Origin: Patescibacteria group bacterium UBA2773
GTDB taxonomy: Bacteria; Patescibacteriota; Minisyncoccia; Moranbacterales; DUUL01
NCBI GenBank assembly: GCA_002352465.1
Contig: DEIN01000002.1
Coordinates: 1 to 48,819 of the forward strand
Direction: 5' to 3'
Length of the DNA stretch: 48,819 nt
In this document: in pieces, positions 18,995 through 28,828 of the stretch
Numbering within the stretch: position 1 is the first letter of the stretch
Layout of the letters: every line of letters starts with the position of its first letter
Made by a program: the position numbers and the translations under genes
Notes under the pieces: generated by a model
Seen by the model: the letters and a program-made list of their open reading frames with translations, nothing else
Told to the model about the DNA's origin: nothing
Databases searched by the model: none

Positions 18995-20047
18995 ATGGGT
19001 TCGACTAAAAAAACAAAAATAAAAATAAAATCCAAGAAAAAAGAAACCAAGAAGGAGAAATTTTCCGAATTAAGACAGGACTTGATTAGTGGTGATTGGG
19101 TGGTGATTGCTAATAGTCGAGGCAAACGTCCTGATGATTTTAAGACGGAGACGAAAGTTAGCGAAAAGAGCAGTGTGGAAAGCTGTTTGTTCTGTGATCC
19201 GGTTGCTTCAGGTCAGGAAAAAGATGTTTTGATTTATAACACTTCGGATGATGATTGGAGTCTGAGAGTTTTCCCTAATAAATACCCAGCTTTTGCTCGG
19301 CCTACTGGAAAAATTCAGCACAAAGAAGAGGGTCCTTATTTTTGGATGGATGGTTTGGGTTATCATGAGGTAGTTGTGACGAAAGATCATTTTGAAAGAA
19401 TTGGAACGATGGAGAATTTGAAAGTGGCTGAGATTTTTGATGCTTTTCAAACTCGTTATTTGGATTTGATGAATAAAAAATCGGTTCGCTATATTGAAAT
19501 ATTTCATAATCAAGGGAAAAGTGCTGGGGCTTCAATTTTTCATCCCCATTCTCAGCTAGTTGCTATTCCGGTTGTTTCTCCGTATATAAAATTGGAATTA
19601 GAGGGAGCGGAGAGATATTATAAAGCTAATAAAAAATGTGTTTTTTGTAATATTATTGAATGGGAACAAGAAAAGAAAGAACGAATTATTTTTGAAAATG
19701 ATAGATTTATAGCACTTTGTCCGTTTGCTTCTAGGCGAGCTTTTGAAGTTTGGGTTTTGCCCAAGAAACATATGCCCTATTTCGAACGAATGGAAACTGA
19801 AGACAAAATTCAAGTGGGGGAAGCTTTGAACGAAGCAGTTCGGAAAATAAATGTTGTTTTGAATGACCCAGACTACAATTTTTATTTACATACTTCTCCT
19901 TGTGATGGCAAGGACTATTCTCACTATCATTGGCATATTGAAATATTGCCTAAAACTTCTATTTGGGCTGGGTTTGAGCTGTCGACGGGGATTGAGATTT
20001 CAGCGATAGAGCCAGAGAAAGCCGCCAGCGCATTAAAAAAAGTCTGA
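18995..20047 (+). CDS. galT: Galactose-1-phosphate uridylyltransferase
   Basis: ELRQD..SGDWV, RVFPNKYPA, GASIFHPHSQ, AGFELSTG. Confidence 0.93.
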   Translation: MGSTKKTKIKIKSKKKETKKEKFSELRQDLISGDWVVIANSRGKRPDDFKTETKVSEKSSVESCLFCDPVASGQEKDVLIYNTSDDDWSLRVFPNKYPAFARPTGKIQHKEEGPYFWMDGLGYHEVVVTKDHFERIGTMENLKVAEIFDAFQTRYLDLMNKKSVRYIEIFHNQGKSAGASIFHPHSQLVAIPVVSPYIKLELEGAERYYKANKKCVFCNIIEWEQEKKERIIFENDRFIALCPFASRRAFEVWVLPKKHMPYFERMETEDKIQVGEALNEAVRKINVVLNDPDYNFYLHTSPCDGKDYSHYHWHIEILPKTSIWAGFELSTGIEISAIEPEKAASALKKV

Positions 20048-20099
20048 CCTATTTAGAAGATTTTATTGTAATGAGGTTTTGCAAAGTAAAAAAGTTTTG

Positions 20100-20222
20100 A
20101 ATATTCAACATTCAATTTTCAATATTCATTCAACAATCAACTTTCAACTTTCAATATTCAATTATTGAGTATTTGGTTATTGGATGTTGAATGAATGGTG
20201 ATTATTGGTCATTGAATGTTTA
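20100..20222. repeat. Inverted array of degenerate 7-nt repeats
   Basis: TTCAACA/TTCAATA/TTCAACT units mirrored by TATTGAG/TATTGGA/CATTGAA units. Confidence 0.65.
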
Positions 20223-20250
20223 TGTTTATTTTAAAATTCAAAATTAAACT

Positions 20251-20751
20251 ATGGTAGTGGATATTAACCAAGCAGTGGAATTATTAAAGGGAGTTCCTTC
20301 TCAACTTTCAGTAATGATTATTGGAATGACCCCAATTTTTGAATTACGAGGGGCGATTCCGGTCGGAATTGAGTCCTTTAGAATGGGAATTTTAGAGAGT
20401 TTTTTTTGGTCAGTTTTAGGTAATATTATTCCAGTAATATTTTTAGTTTTTTTCTTTGAAACCGTGGCTAATTGGTTATCGGCAAAATTCAAATTTTGGA
20501 AAAAGTTTTTTGATTGGCTTTTTGAGAGAACTCAAAAAAGAGCTGGAGATAAAATCAAAAAATATGGTGATTGGGGCTTATTTTTTTTAGTAGCTATTCC
20601 ATTGCCTGTCACGGGCGGTTGGACTGGTGCATTAACTGCTTTTCTTTTCGGTATCAACAAAATCAAAGCGATTGGAATAATTTTTTGTGGCATTTTGACT
20701 GCCGGAGTAATTGTCACTTTTTTAACTGTTGGTATTTCTAGTTTTTTCTAA
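20251..20751 (+). CDS. Small multi-drug export family membrane protein (COG2426-like)
   Basis: PIFELRGAIP, VAIPLPVTGGWTG. Confidence 0.9.
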   Translation: MVVDINQAVELLKGVPSQLSVMIIGMTPIFELRGAIPVGIESFRMGILESFFWSVLGNIIPVIFLVFFFETVANWLSAKFKFWKKFFDWLFERTQKRAGDKIKKYGDWGLFFLVAIPLPVTGGWTGALTAFLFGINKIKAIGIIFCGILTAGVIVTFLTVGISSFF

Positions 20752-20803
20752 TTAGAAACAGTCTCTTTATTCAAGAAAGAAAAATGATTTTTAACTTAAT
20801 ATT

Positions 20804-21580
20804 ATGAAAAAAAACCTAGTAGTGGCTAATTTTAAAATGAAATTGGCCAGCAAAACTGAAATTGAGACTTGGTTGAGAAATTTTGAAAAAGCTTCTAAGA
20901 AGTTTTCTTCTCTTAACACAGAAACAGTGTTTTGTCCCCCCAGTCTTTTTTTAGGAAATTTTTCAGAGTTGATACAAAAAGATGAATTTTCCTTGGGAGC
21001 TCAAAATTGTTTTTGGGAAGATAGCGGAGCGTACACCGGAGAAGTTAGTCCAAAAATGTTGGCTTCAATGGACGCTAAGTATGTGATTTTAGGTCACAGT
21101 GAAAGACGAAAATATTTTAATGAACAAGATTCTGAAATTGCTAAAAAAGTTGAAAAAGTTTTGAAAAGTAGATTAAATCCTATAATTTGTATTGGAGAAA
21201 ATTTAGAAGAAAAAAGACAAGATTTAACAATGGAAGTGGTTTTGAGGCAACTTAAAAATATTTTAGAAAAAGTTGGAAGAGGCAATATCGAAAAAACAAT
21301 TTTGTGCTATGAACCAATTTGGGCAATTAGCGCCAATAATCCAGAAAATCCACCAACTTCTAATGAAATTATGGAAGCCCGGCTTTTGATAAAAAAGTTT
21401 TTAGTGGATAAATATGGTCGAACCACAGCCGAGCGAGTTAAAATAATTTATGGGGGAAGTGTTGATCAAAATAATGTTAAAGAAATTTGTATAGACACTG
21501 GAATGGAAGGTGCCCTTGTCGGTAGTTGCAGTGTTAAGCCTTATGATTTTCTAAAACTTGTAAAAACTTTTACTGATTAA
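20804..21580 (+). CDS. tpiA: Triosephosphate isomerase
   Basis: ANFKM, GAYTGEVS, GHSERR, YEPIWAI, YGGSV. Confidence 0.97.
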   Translation: MKKNLVVANFKMKLASKTEIETWLRNFEKASKKFSSLNTETVFCPPSLFLGNFSELIQKDEFSLGAQNCFWEDSGAYTGEVSPKMLASMDAKYVILGHSERRKYFNEQDSEIAKKVEKVLKSRLNPIICIGENLEEKRQDLTMEVVLRQLKNILEKVGRGNIEKTILCYEPIWAISANNPENPPTSNEIMEARLLIKKFLVDKYGRTTAERVKIIYGGSVDQNNVKEICIDTGMEGALVGSCSVKPYDFLKLVKTFTD

Positions 21581-21610
21581 TAGTTATTGATAATTAATTA
21601 ATTTAATTTA

Positions 21611-22462
21611 ATGAAGAGCAAAACATTAGAGATTTTAAAAAAAGCGATGAAAAATAAGACAGCGGTGGGAGCTTTTAACACTTCTAATATGGAAGTGACA
21701 CAAGCAATTGTTATGGCGTCTAATGAGCTTAAAAAACCTTGTATTATTCAATCGACTTCTTCAACCGTAGAATATACGTTTGAAACCATTGGGGATTTGG
21801 TTTGTTCTAATATTGAAAAATTAGGAAAGGACACTAAAATTGGATTTCATTTAGATCATGGTCATAGGCTTCATGATATTGTTAAGGCGATTGATTTAGG
21901 AATGGATTCAGTGATGATTGATGCTTCCAGGGCACTTTTGAAAGATAATATTGATATTACTAAAAAAGTAGTTGAATATGCTCATTCTAGAGGAGTTGCA
22001 GTTCAAGCGGAATTAGGAAAGGTTCCCTATTTAGGAAAAGAAAAATTGGATATCAATTGGGAAGAAATTATGACTGATCCAGATGAGGCCAAAAGATTGG
22101 TGGATGAAACTGGAGTTGATGCACTAGCGATTGGTATTGGCAACGCTCATGGATTTTTTCGAGAAAAAAGCGAACCAGATTGGGCAAGATTAGAAGCAAT
22201 AAATGCTAAATTGCCAGATACTCCTTTGATTTTGCATGGTGCTTCTGATTGGGAAGGCGAAAAAGTCAAGAAAGCTATTAAACTAGGAATAAATGCTTTT
22301 AATATTGATACTGATGTTAGAATTGCTTTTTGTTCAGCTATTTGCAAAGTGTCTAGCGATAAACATTGTGAAGTAACTGATCCTCGAAAAATTCTTGAAA
22401 TTGCTCGGGAAGACGTCAAAAAAGTAGTTAAACAAAAGATAGAGATGTTTTTGGGAAAATAA
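21611..22462 (+). CDS. fba: Class II fructose-bisphosphate aldolase
   Basis: HLDHG, SVMIDAS, IGNAHG, LILHGAS. Confidence 0.93.
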   Translation: MKSKTLEILKKAMKNKTAVGAFNTSNMEVTQAIVMASNELKKPCIIQSTSSTVEYTFETIGDLVCSNIEKLGKDTKIGFHLDHGHRLHDIVKAIDLGMDSVMIDASRALLKDNIDITKKVVEYAHSRGVAVQAELGKVPYLGKEKLDINWEEIMTDPDEAKRLVDETGVDALAIGIGNAHGFFREKSEPDWARLEAINAKLPDTPLILHGASDWEGEKVKKAIKLGINAFNIDTDVRIAFCSAICKVSSDKHCEVTDPRKILEIAREDVKKVVKQKIEMFLGK

Positions 22463-22490
22463 ATCTTGTTACAAAAAAACAAACTTATTT

Positions 22491-22520
22491 TTTAAATACT
22501 GATTTAAATCAGTATTTAAA
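22491..22520. promoter_or_regulatory. Perfect 30-bp palindrome, candidate operator
   Basis: TTTAAATACTGATTTAAATCAGTATTTAAA equals its own reverse complement. Confidence 0.5.
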
Positions 22521-22551
22521 TCAGAATTAAATTTAAATATTAAAAATAAAA

Positions 22552-22722
22552 ATGCGAAGAAAATTAGAGGATAAAAATATTCGTAAAATTTTAAGAAATG
22601 GCGATAGTTACGCAATTACTTTGCCGATTGAAATGGTGCGAAAACTAGGCTGGGCTAAAAAACAAAAAGTGCGAGTTGAACTGGATCGGAAAAGAATCGT
22701 TATTGAAGATTGGAAAAAATAA
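22552..22722 (+). CDS. AbrB/MazE/SpoVT-family DNA-binding protein (56 aa, not in ORF track)
   Basis: MRRKLEDKNIRKILRNGDSYAITLPIEMVRKLGWAKKQKVRVELDRKRIVIEDWKK. Confidence 0.85.
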   Translation: MRRKLEDKNIRKILRNGDSYAITLPIEMVRKLGWAKKQKVRVELDRKRIVIEDWKK

Positions 22723-22775
22723 ACTTTACGAACTTAATTGTAAATTATCCTAAATTAAATTTAGGAGATTTGGGA

Positions 22776-22804
22776 TTGACTAAAAAACTTTGTTGAGGTA
22801 AAAT
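22776..22804 (+). promoter_or_regulatory. Sigma70 promoter for rplA
   Basis: TTGACT-17 nt-TAAAAT. Confidence 0.6.
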
Positions 22805-22826
22805 TAAGGTTATTATTAGCTTAATT

Positions 22827-22881
22827 GTGGGAGGGATTGCTTGTTTAATTTATTTTAAACAAATTAATTTCGTCTTACCAC
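22827..22881 (+). promoter_or_regulatory. Putative L1-binding leader
   Basis: GTGGGAG...ACCAC closing stem immediately before rplA ATG. Confidence 0.55.
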
Positions 22882-22887
22882 TAAATT

Positions 22888-23565
22888 ATGAAAAAAAGTA
22901 AAAATTACAAAAAAGCTATTGAAATTTTTGATTTGCAAAAAGTTTATTTGATTGATGAAGCTTTGGATATTTTAGAAAAATTTCCTAAAGTTAAATTTGA
23001 TGAAACTGTTGAAGTTCACGTGAAAACCGAGATTGATGCTAAAAAAACTGATCAACAAATTAGAAGCACTGTTAGTTTGCCTCATGGAAATGGAAAAAAA
23101 ATGAAAGTAGCAGCTTTTACTGAAAGTAGTCAAGCCGAAGCCAAGAAGGCTGGAGCAGACATTGTTGGTGGAGAAGAATTGATTACTAAAATTATTAAAG
23201 ATAAAGATATTGCCGTAGATGTGATTGTTGCTACTCCCGATATGATGCTGAAACTGGCTAAAATTGCTAAAATCATTGGACCTAAAGGTTTGATGCCAAA
23301 TGCCAAATCTCAAACTGTTGGACCCAAGATCGGAGAAATGATTGAGGAAATCAAAAAAGGAAAAGCTAGTTTTAAAAATGATAATGGAGGAAATATTCAT
23401 TTAGCTATCGGAAAAAGATCTTTTGATAAAAAAGCGTTGAAAGAAAATTTTGAAGAATTTAAAAAAGTGCTTCATACTAACAAACCAGAAGCAATTAAAA
23501 AAGCTTTTATTAAAAATATTTCGATATCAGCTACTATGACCCCAGGGATAAAGATACAATTATAA
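22888..23565 (+). CDS. rplA: 50S ribosomal protein L1
   Basis: KFDETVEVH, LPHGNGK, IGPKGLMPN, TMTPGIKI. Confidence 0.97.
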   Translation: MKKSKNYKKAIEIFDLQKVYLIDEALDILEKFPKVKFDETVEVHVKTEIDAKKTDQQIRSTVSLPHGNGKKMKVAAFTESSQAEAKKAGADIVGGEELITKIIKDKDIAVDVIVATPDMMLKLAKIAKIIGPKGLMPNAKSQTVGPKIGEMIEEIKKGKASFKNDNGGNIHLAIGKRSFDKKALKENFEEFKKVLHTNKPEAIKKAFIKNISISATMTPGIKIQL

Positions 23566-23574
23566 TTGTATCTG

Positions 23575-23715
23575 TAAATGTCAAAGTTCAAATTGTTCCA
23601 AATTATTTCAAATTAAACTTAAATGTCAAAATTTAAATGATAAAAGTTTTGATTTCGAACATTTGAAATTAGGATTTGATTTGATATTTGAAGTAATTTG
23701 GATTTTGGATTTATT
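23575..23715. repeat. Inverted array of degenerate TCAAA(T) 6-7-nt repeats
   Basis: AATGTCAAAGTTCAAATT...TTCCAAATT mirrored by ATTTGAAATT...ATTTGGATTTTGGATTT. Confidence 0.6.
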
Positions 23716-23788
23716 GAAATCAATAATCATATCAACAATATTAGCTAGAATCAATTTTAGTTTTAAAATATACAATTAACTTAAAAAT

Positions 23789-23950
23789 ATGTCCCAAGAT
23801 ACCCTAATAAAACTTCAATGCAAAGAATGTAAAGAAATTAATTACTATTCTCATAAGAATGTTAAAAAAATTCAAGAGAAACTAGAAATCAAAAAGCATT
23901 GTCCACGTTGCAAAAAACATACCATTCACATTGAAAAAAAGAAAAAATAA
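23789..23950 (+). CDS. rpmG: 50S ribosomal protein L33 (Zn-binding type; not in ORF track)
   Basis: [18 protein letters not shown]...[18 protein letters not shown]. Confidence 0.95.
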   Translation: MSQDTLIKLQCKECKEINYYSHKNVKKIQEKLEIKKHCPRCKKHTIHIEKKKK

Positions 23951-24125
23951 ACAGCTTTAATTTTTTTGGTATAATTTTCTGTTAATTTTCTGCCATTTGT
24001 TCGAAGTATTATTTAATGCATCTTAGTGCTCAAATTTGACTCAAACTGCACTCAAAAAATTAAACCTCCCGTGTGATTAGTTTGTTTTTATTTTCACGCT
24101 CAAACATAAAATCTTTAAATTATAT

Positions 24126-24152
24126 AAAAATCCGCATCATTTGCGGATTTTT
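24126..24152 (+). terminator. Intrinsic terminator
   Basis: AAAAATCCGCA-TCATT-TGCGGATTTTT. Confidence 0.65.
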
Positions 24153-24302
24153 AGTTGATAATCTTTTTAAAATGTGAAATAATAGGAATATAAAAATGAA
24201 AGTTTGAGTTGCGTAAAGTGAAAATTTTACGGACTTTTTACTTTCTAGTTTTATAAACTAACTTCAATTTTTTAAACTTTACAAACTTTTAAACTAAAGC
24301 CT

Positions 24303-25337
24303 ATGTCTAAAAAAATTTTAGAAAAAATAAAAATTGATTTTGAAAATAGTCTTCAAACGGTGGGAACAGATTTGGGGAAATTGGAAGTTTTGAGAGTCAA
24401 ATTTTTAAGTCGAAAAAGCGAACTTAACAAAATTCTCAAAGGAATTAAAAATTTAAGTCCAGAAGAAAAAAAGGAAATTGGACCTTTGGCTAATCAAACT
24501 AGAAAAAATATTGAAAGTCGATTAACAGATTTAATCGAAGAAATTCAACAAAAAAAAGATTTAGATAAAGACTGGATTGATGTCACGGCTCCTGGGAAAA
24601 AAGAACGGATTGGTCATCTTAATTTGTTATCAAAAACTCAAAGAGAAATTGAAAAAATTTTTACTTCAATGAGTTTTGAGATTGCTGATGGGCCAGAAAT
24701 TGAGAACGAATGGTATAATTTTGATGCTTTAAATATTCCTAAAAATCATCCAGCTCGAGATTTATGGGACACTTTTTGGATGAAAAATAAAAATCAAAAA
24801 GGAGAGAAGCTATTATTAAGAACTCACACTTCTAACTCGCAAATCCATTATATGGAAAATAATAAACCGCCTTTTCAAGTGGTTGTTCCAGGAAGAGCTT
24901 ATCGCTATGAAGCGACTGACGCTAACCACGAACATTCTTTTTGCCAGTTTGAAGCTTTGGTGGTCGGTGATGATGTCAGCGTGGCTAATTTCAAAAGCAT
25001 TGCTCAGGAATTTTTTAGTGCTTTTTTTCAGGATGAAATAAAAATCAGATTAAGACCGAGTTATTTTCCTTTTACCGAACCAAGTTTTGAATTTGATATT
25101 TCTTGCAAAGTTTGTCGGGGAAAGGGTTGTTCAACTTGTAGTAATACTGGTTGGTTGGAAATGGGTGGTTGCGGGATGGTCAATCAAAGAGTTTTTGAAT
25201 CAGCCGGTTATGAAAAAGATAAATATCAAGGTTTTGCTTGGGGATTTGGAATTGAAAGATTGGCGATGATGAAATACCAGGTGAATGATATTCGACATTT
25301 TAGAAGTGGAGATTTGAGGTTTGTACAACAATTCTGA
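24303..25337 (+). CDS. pheS: Phenylalanyl-tRNA synthetase alpha subunit
   Basis: NFDALN...HPARD, LRTHTS, FPFTEPS, GFAWGFGIERL. Confidence 0.98.
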   Translation: MSKKILEKIKIDFENSLQTVGTDLGKLEVLRVKFLSRKSELNKILKGIKNLSPEEKKEIGPLANQTRKNIESRLTDLIEEIQQKKDLDKDWIDVTAPGKKERIGHLNLLSKTQREIEKIFTSMSFEIADGPEIENEWYNFDALNIPKNHPARDLWDTFWMKNKNQKGEKLLLRTHTSNSQIHYMENNKPPFQVVVPGRAYRYEATDANHEHSFCQFEALVVGDDVSVANFKSIAQEFFSAFFQDEIKIRLRPSYFPFTEPSFEFDISCKVCRGKGCSTCSNTGWLEMGGCGMVNQRVFESAGYEKDKYQGFAWGFGIERLAMMKYQVNDIRHFRSGDLRFVQQF

Positions 25338-25345
25338 TTTAAAAT

Positions 25346-25495
25346 AAGGCACAAGATACAAGGACGCAAGAAACAAACAAATTAAAAATTATAAATTAAA
25401 ATAACCAAATTGAAAAACCGAAGGTTTTTTGTTTGAGATTTAATTATTTTAATTTGAGATTTGTTTGTAGCTTGTATCTTGTGTTCTTGTTTCTT
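25346..25495. repeat. Palindromic element copy E (between pheS and pheT)
   Basis: Arms as copy A; centre AAAAACCGAAGGTTTTT. Confidence 0.85.
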
Positions 25496-25522
25496 TTAAA
25501 AATTAATATTTAATTTTTTAAT

Positions 25523-27895
25523 ATGCAATTTTCATACAACTGGTTGAAAGAAATTTCAAAAACAAAAAAAAGTCCGGCTGAGTTAATTGACTTGGTAATG
25601 TTGCGAGGTTTCGAATTGGAGGAGAGCTATAACTTGGCGGATCAATTCAAGAATTTTGTGGTTGGAGAAGTTTTGGGAGTTGAAAAACATCCCGATGCCG
25701 ATCGATTAAACGTTGTTAGTTTGAACTTGGGAAAATCAAGACAAGAAGTCCAGATTGTTTGTGGAGCGCCGAACGTTGCGAAAGGTCAAAAAGTTCCAGT
25801 GGCAATGCCTGGAGCAATTTTACCGAATAGTAAAATCGAAATTAAAAAAGCTGAGATGCGAGGAGTGGAATCAAACGGAATGATTTGTGCTGAAGATGAA
25901 CTTGGCTTAGGGAAAGATCATGATGGAATTATGGTTTTAAATTCTGGTTTAGAAGTAGGAATTGATTTAGCGGAAGTTTTGAGATTGCAAGATCAAGTTT
26001 TGGATTTTGATATTTTGCCTAATCGAGCTCACGATTGTTTGAGCTATCAAGGATTGGCCAGGGAAATTGCGGTGATGGAAAATCGAAATATAGATTTAAA
26101 TACTGATTTAAATATTGATTATAAAAAAGAGGGAGAACTGTTAAATATCGAAATTGAAGAACCAAGATTATGCTCCAGATATTTGGGAGCAGTTTTGAAA
26201 AATATCAAATTGAGAAAATCTCCAGATTGGATGCAAGCTCGTTTGGTGGCCAGTGGAATGGAGCCGATTAATAATGTAGTTGATATTACTAATTATGTAA
26301 TGTTGGAGACTGGAAGTCCGTTGCACGCTTTTGATTTTGAGCAAGTAGCTGAAAATAATAAAGTTGATATAGTGGTTAGAAAAGCTAAGCTTAAGGAAAA
26401 AATGGCTTTATTGAGCGATATTGATTTAGAGTTGAACGAAGAAGATTTAGTAATTGCTAACAAAAAAGAAGCTTTGGCTTTGGCTGGAATCAAAGGTGGA
26501 AAAAAATCGGGAATTAACAAAGAAACTAATAAGATAGTCCTAGAAGCTGCCAACTTTGATTTATTGGGCATTAGGAAATCAAGACAATGGCATGCCTTGG
26601 CCACTGAGTCTCAATCAAGATTTGAAAAGGGAATTAGTCCAGTTTTGACTCAAATAGCATTAGAGAGAGCGATTGAGCTACTCAAAGAGTATGCAGGAGC
26701 TGAGTTGGCTGAAACAGTTGATTGTAATTATCTGAAAAATGAAAATAAAGTTTTTAAACTTGAAATTAAAAATATTAAAAAACTTTTGGGTAGAGAAGTC
26801 GATTTAGAGAAAGTTTTTAAAATTTTAGAAAATTTAGGTTTTGTCATTAGCGACAAAGATCAAGCTAAAATTGAAATTGAGATTCCTTTCTGGCGATTAG
26901 ATATTGAAGATCAAGCTGATTTTATTGAAGAAATTGGTCGAATTACCGGTTATGAAAACATCAAAGAACGATATTTAATGACCGCTTCAAAGCCTAGCAA
27001 AAGGAATTTGCAAAGAGAATTGGAATGGAAAATAAAAGATAATTTTTCGGCTTTGGGATTTGACGAAATAATTAGCTATTCTTTTTATGGAAATCTTGAC
27101 GTTGAAATCGGAAAAATTAAAGGGGAACATTTTGAGCTAGAAAATCCCAACAGTGAGCAACAAAATTTAATGCGAAAAAGTTTATTTCCAGCGATTATTA
27201 AAGCCGGAAAATTAAATCAGAAAAATTTTGATGATTTTTCTTTGTTCGAAATTGGAAAAGCCTATTTTCCAGAAAAAGAAACAGTGGAAGCAATAAAAAT
27301 TGGTGGAGTTTGCTTTAATTCTCAAGCCGAATTAACAGAGGTTTTTTATTTAACTAAAGAAAGAATTAGAACTTTAGTTACTAAAATTTCTGGTCAACAA
27401 GTAGAATTCAGATCTTTAGAAAAAGCAGAAAATAATTTTTTACATCTAGCTAGAAGAGCAGAAATTCTAGTGGTTAATAAAAAGATTGGTGAATTGGGGG
27501 AGCTAAATCCTGTTGTTGCTAAGAATTATAAAATCAAAAAACAGTTCGTTATTTTTGAATTGGACTTTAAAGCCTTGTTTGATCTTGGGATAAGTAAAAA
27601 AATATTTAAAATAATTCAAAAATTTCCATATGTTGAAAGAGATTTAGCAATGTTTGTTGAAGCTAAGACTGAAGTAGCAGAAGTTGAAAAAAATATTAAA
27701 AAAGTTGGTGGAGCTATTTTAAAAGAAATTAAACTTTTTGATGTTTTTGAAGACAAAAAAAATAACAAAAAATCTTTTGCTTTTCACCTAAAATTTGGAA
27801 AAACTGAATCTACTCTAAAAGGCAAAGAAGTTGATCAAAAAATGGAAGAAATTATGAAAACCTTGGAACAAGTTGGTTATGAAGTTCGAAAATAA
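25523..27895 (+). CDS. pheT: Phenylalanyl-tRNA synthetase beta subunit
   Basis: HPDADRL, IVCGAPNV, INNVVDITNYV, FDX-ACB C-terminus. Confidence 0.98.
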   Translation: MQFSYNWLKEISKTKKSPAELIDLVMLRGFELEESYNLADQFKNFVVGEVLGVEKHPDADRLNVVSLNLGKSRQEVQIVCGAPNVAKGQKVPVAMPGAILPNSKIEIKKAEMRGVESNGMICAEDELGLGKDHDGIMVLNSGLEVGIDLAEVLRLQDQVLDFDILPNRAHDCLSYQGLAREIAVMENRNIDLNTDLNIDYKKEGELLNIEIEEPRLCSRYLGAVLKNIKLRKSPDWMQARLVASGMEPINNVVDITNYVMLETGSPLHAFDFEQVAENNKVDIVVRKAKLKEKMALLSDIDLELNEEDLVIANKKEALALAGIKGGKKSGINKETNKIVLEAANFDLLGIRKSRQWHALATESQSRFEKGISPVLTQIALERAIELLKEYAGAELAETVDCNYLKNENKVFKLEIKNIKKLLGREVDLEKVFKILENLGFVISDKDQAKIEIEIPFWRLDIEDQADFIEEIGRITGYENIKERYLMTASKPSKRNLQRELEWKIKDNFSALGFDEIISYSFYGNLDVEIGKIKGEHFELENPNSEQQNLMRKSLFPAIIKAGKLNQKNFDDFSLFEIGKAYFPEKETVEAIKIGGVCFNSQAELTEVFYLTKERIRTLVTKISGQQVEFRSLEKAENNFLHLARRAEILVVNKKIGELGELNPVVAKNYKIKKQFVIFELDFKALFDLGISKKIFKIIQKFPYVERDLAMFVEAKTEVAEVEKNIKKVGGAILKEIKLFDVFEDKKNNKKSFAFHLKFGKTESTLKGKEVDQKMEEIMKTLEQVGYEVRK

Positions 27896-27903
27896 TTATT
27901 AAA

Positions 27904-28078
27904 AAGAAACAAGATACAAGGACACTCGCCTTCGCTAACGCTATGGCGAGGCGAGCAAGATACAAACAAATTAAAAATTTCAAATTAAAATAATCAAACT
28001 TAAAAACCTTCGGTTTTTTTTGGGAATTAAGTTTTTTAATTTGAGATTTGTTTGTTTCTTGTGCCTTGTGTTCTTGTA
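27904..28078. repeat. Palindromic element copy F with nested 31-bp GC-rich hairpin
   Basis: Centre AAAAACCTTCGGTTTTT (reverse orientation); nested CTCGCCTTCGCTAACGCTATGGCGAGGCGAG at 27925-27955. Confidence 0.85.
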
Positions 28079-28090
28079 CCTTTCGACGAG

Positions 28091-28738
28091 ATGATCTTAC
28101 CTTCAACCAAAAAAGAAATCAAACTAGCTTCTGAAGGCGCTGTTATTGTCGGAGTGGATGAAGTTGGGCGAGGACCATTAGCTGGTCCAGTTGTGGCCGC
28201 CGCCGCTTGGGTGGACCCAATTTATTTCAAAAAAGATTTCAAATTAAAAAAATGTATTCGAGACAGTAAAACTCTTTCTGAAAAACAACGCAATGAAGTT
28301 TTTGAATTTTTAGAAAAAAATAAAGATTTTAAAATGGGGATTGGAGAAGTTCAACCCAAAACAATCGATCGGATTAATATTCTAAATGCTTCTTTGCTAG
28401 CAATGCGCTTGGCAGTAGAAGATTTAACTCCAAAAATAAAAAAACAGAAAATTATTCTGTTAATTGATGGAAATAAAATAGTTCCAGGGCTTCAGTATGC
28501 TCAAGAATATATTATTAAAGGAGATCAAAAAATATTTTCAATCGCTGTTGCCTCAATCTATGCCAAAGTTTATCGAGACAATTTAATGCTTAATTATCAC
28601 AAAAAATTTCCAGCCTACGGTTTTGATACTCACAAGGGTTATGGAACCCAAAAACATATGAAAGCCCTCCAAAAAATCGGCGCCTGCGAAATTCATCGCC
28701 GATCTTTCCGCCCAGTTAAAGAAGTGATGTTTAAATAA
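28091..28738 (+). CDS. rnhB: Ribonuclease HII
   Basis: GVDEVGRGPLAGPVVAAA, DSKTLS, HKGYGT, HRRSF. Confidence 0.97.
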   Translation: MILPSTKKEIKLASEGAVIVGVDEVGRGPLAGPVVAAAAWVDPIYFKKDFKLKKCIRDSKTLSEKQRNEVFEFLEKNKDFKMGIGEVQPKTIDRINILNASLLAMRLAVEDLTPKIKKQKIILLIDGNKIVPGLQYAQEYIIKGDQKIFSIAVASIYAKVYRDNLMLNYHKKFPAYGFDTHKGYGTQKHMKALQKIGACEIHRRSFRPVKEVMFK

Positions 28739-28828
28739 TGTCAGGATATGCGATGTTTTGCGGAATGTAGTGGAGCAAAATATGGGAGAGCGAAGTGCAA
28801 CGAGTGAACCGCATATACCGTGTTAGGC
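28733..28828. repeat. attC-like site 1
   Basis: AAATAATGTCAGGATATGCG...CGCATATACCGTGTTAGGC. Confidence 0.7.

Noticed and set aside
24180-24302. T-box upstream of pheS
   Set aside because: No GGTGGNACC motif; the region is a periodic AT-rich repeat.
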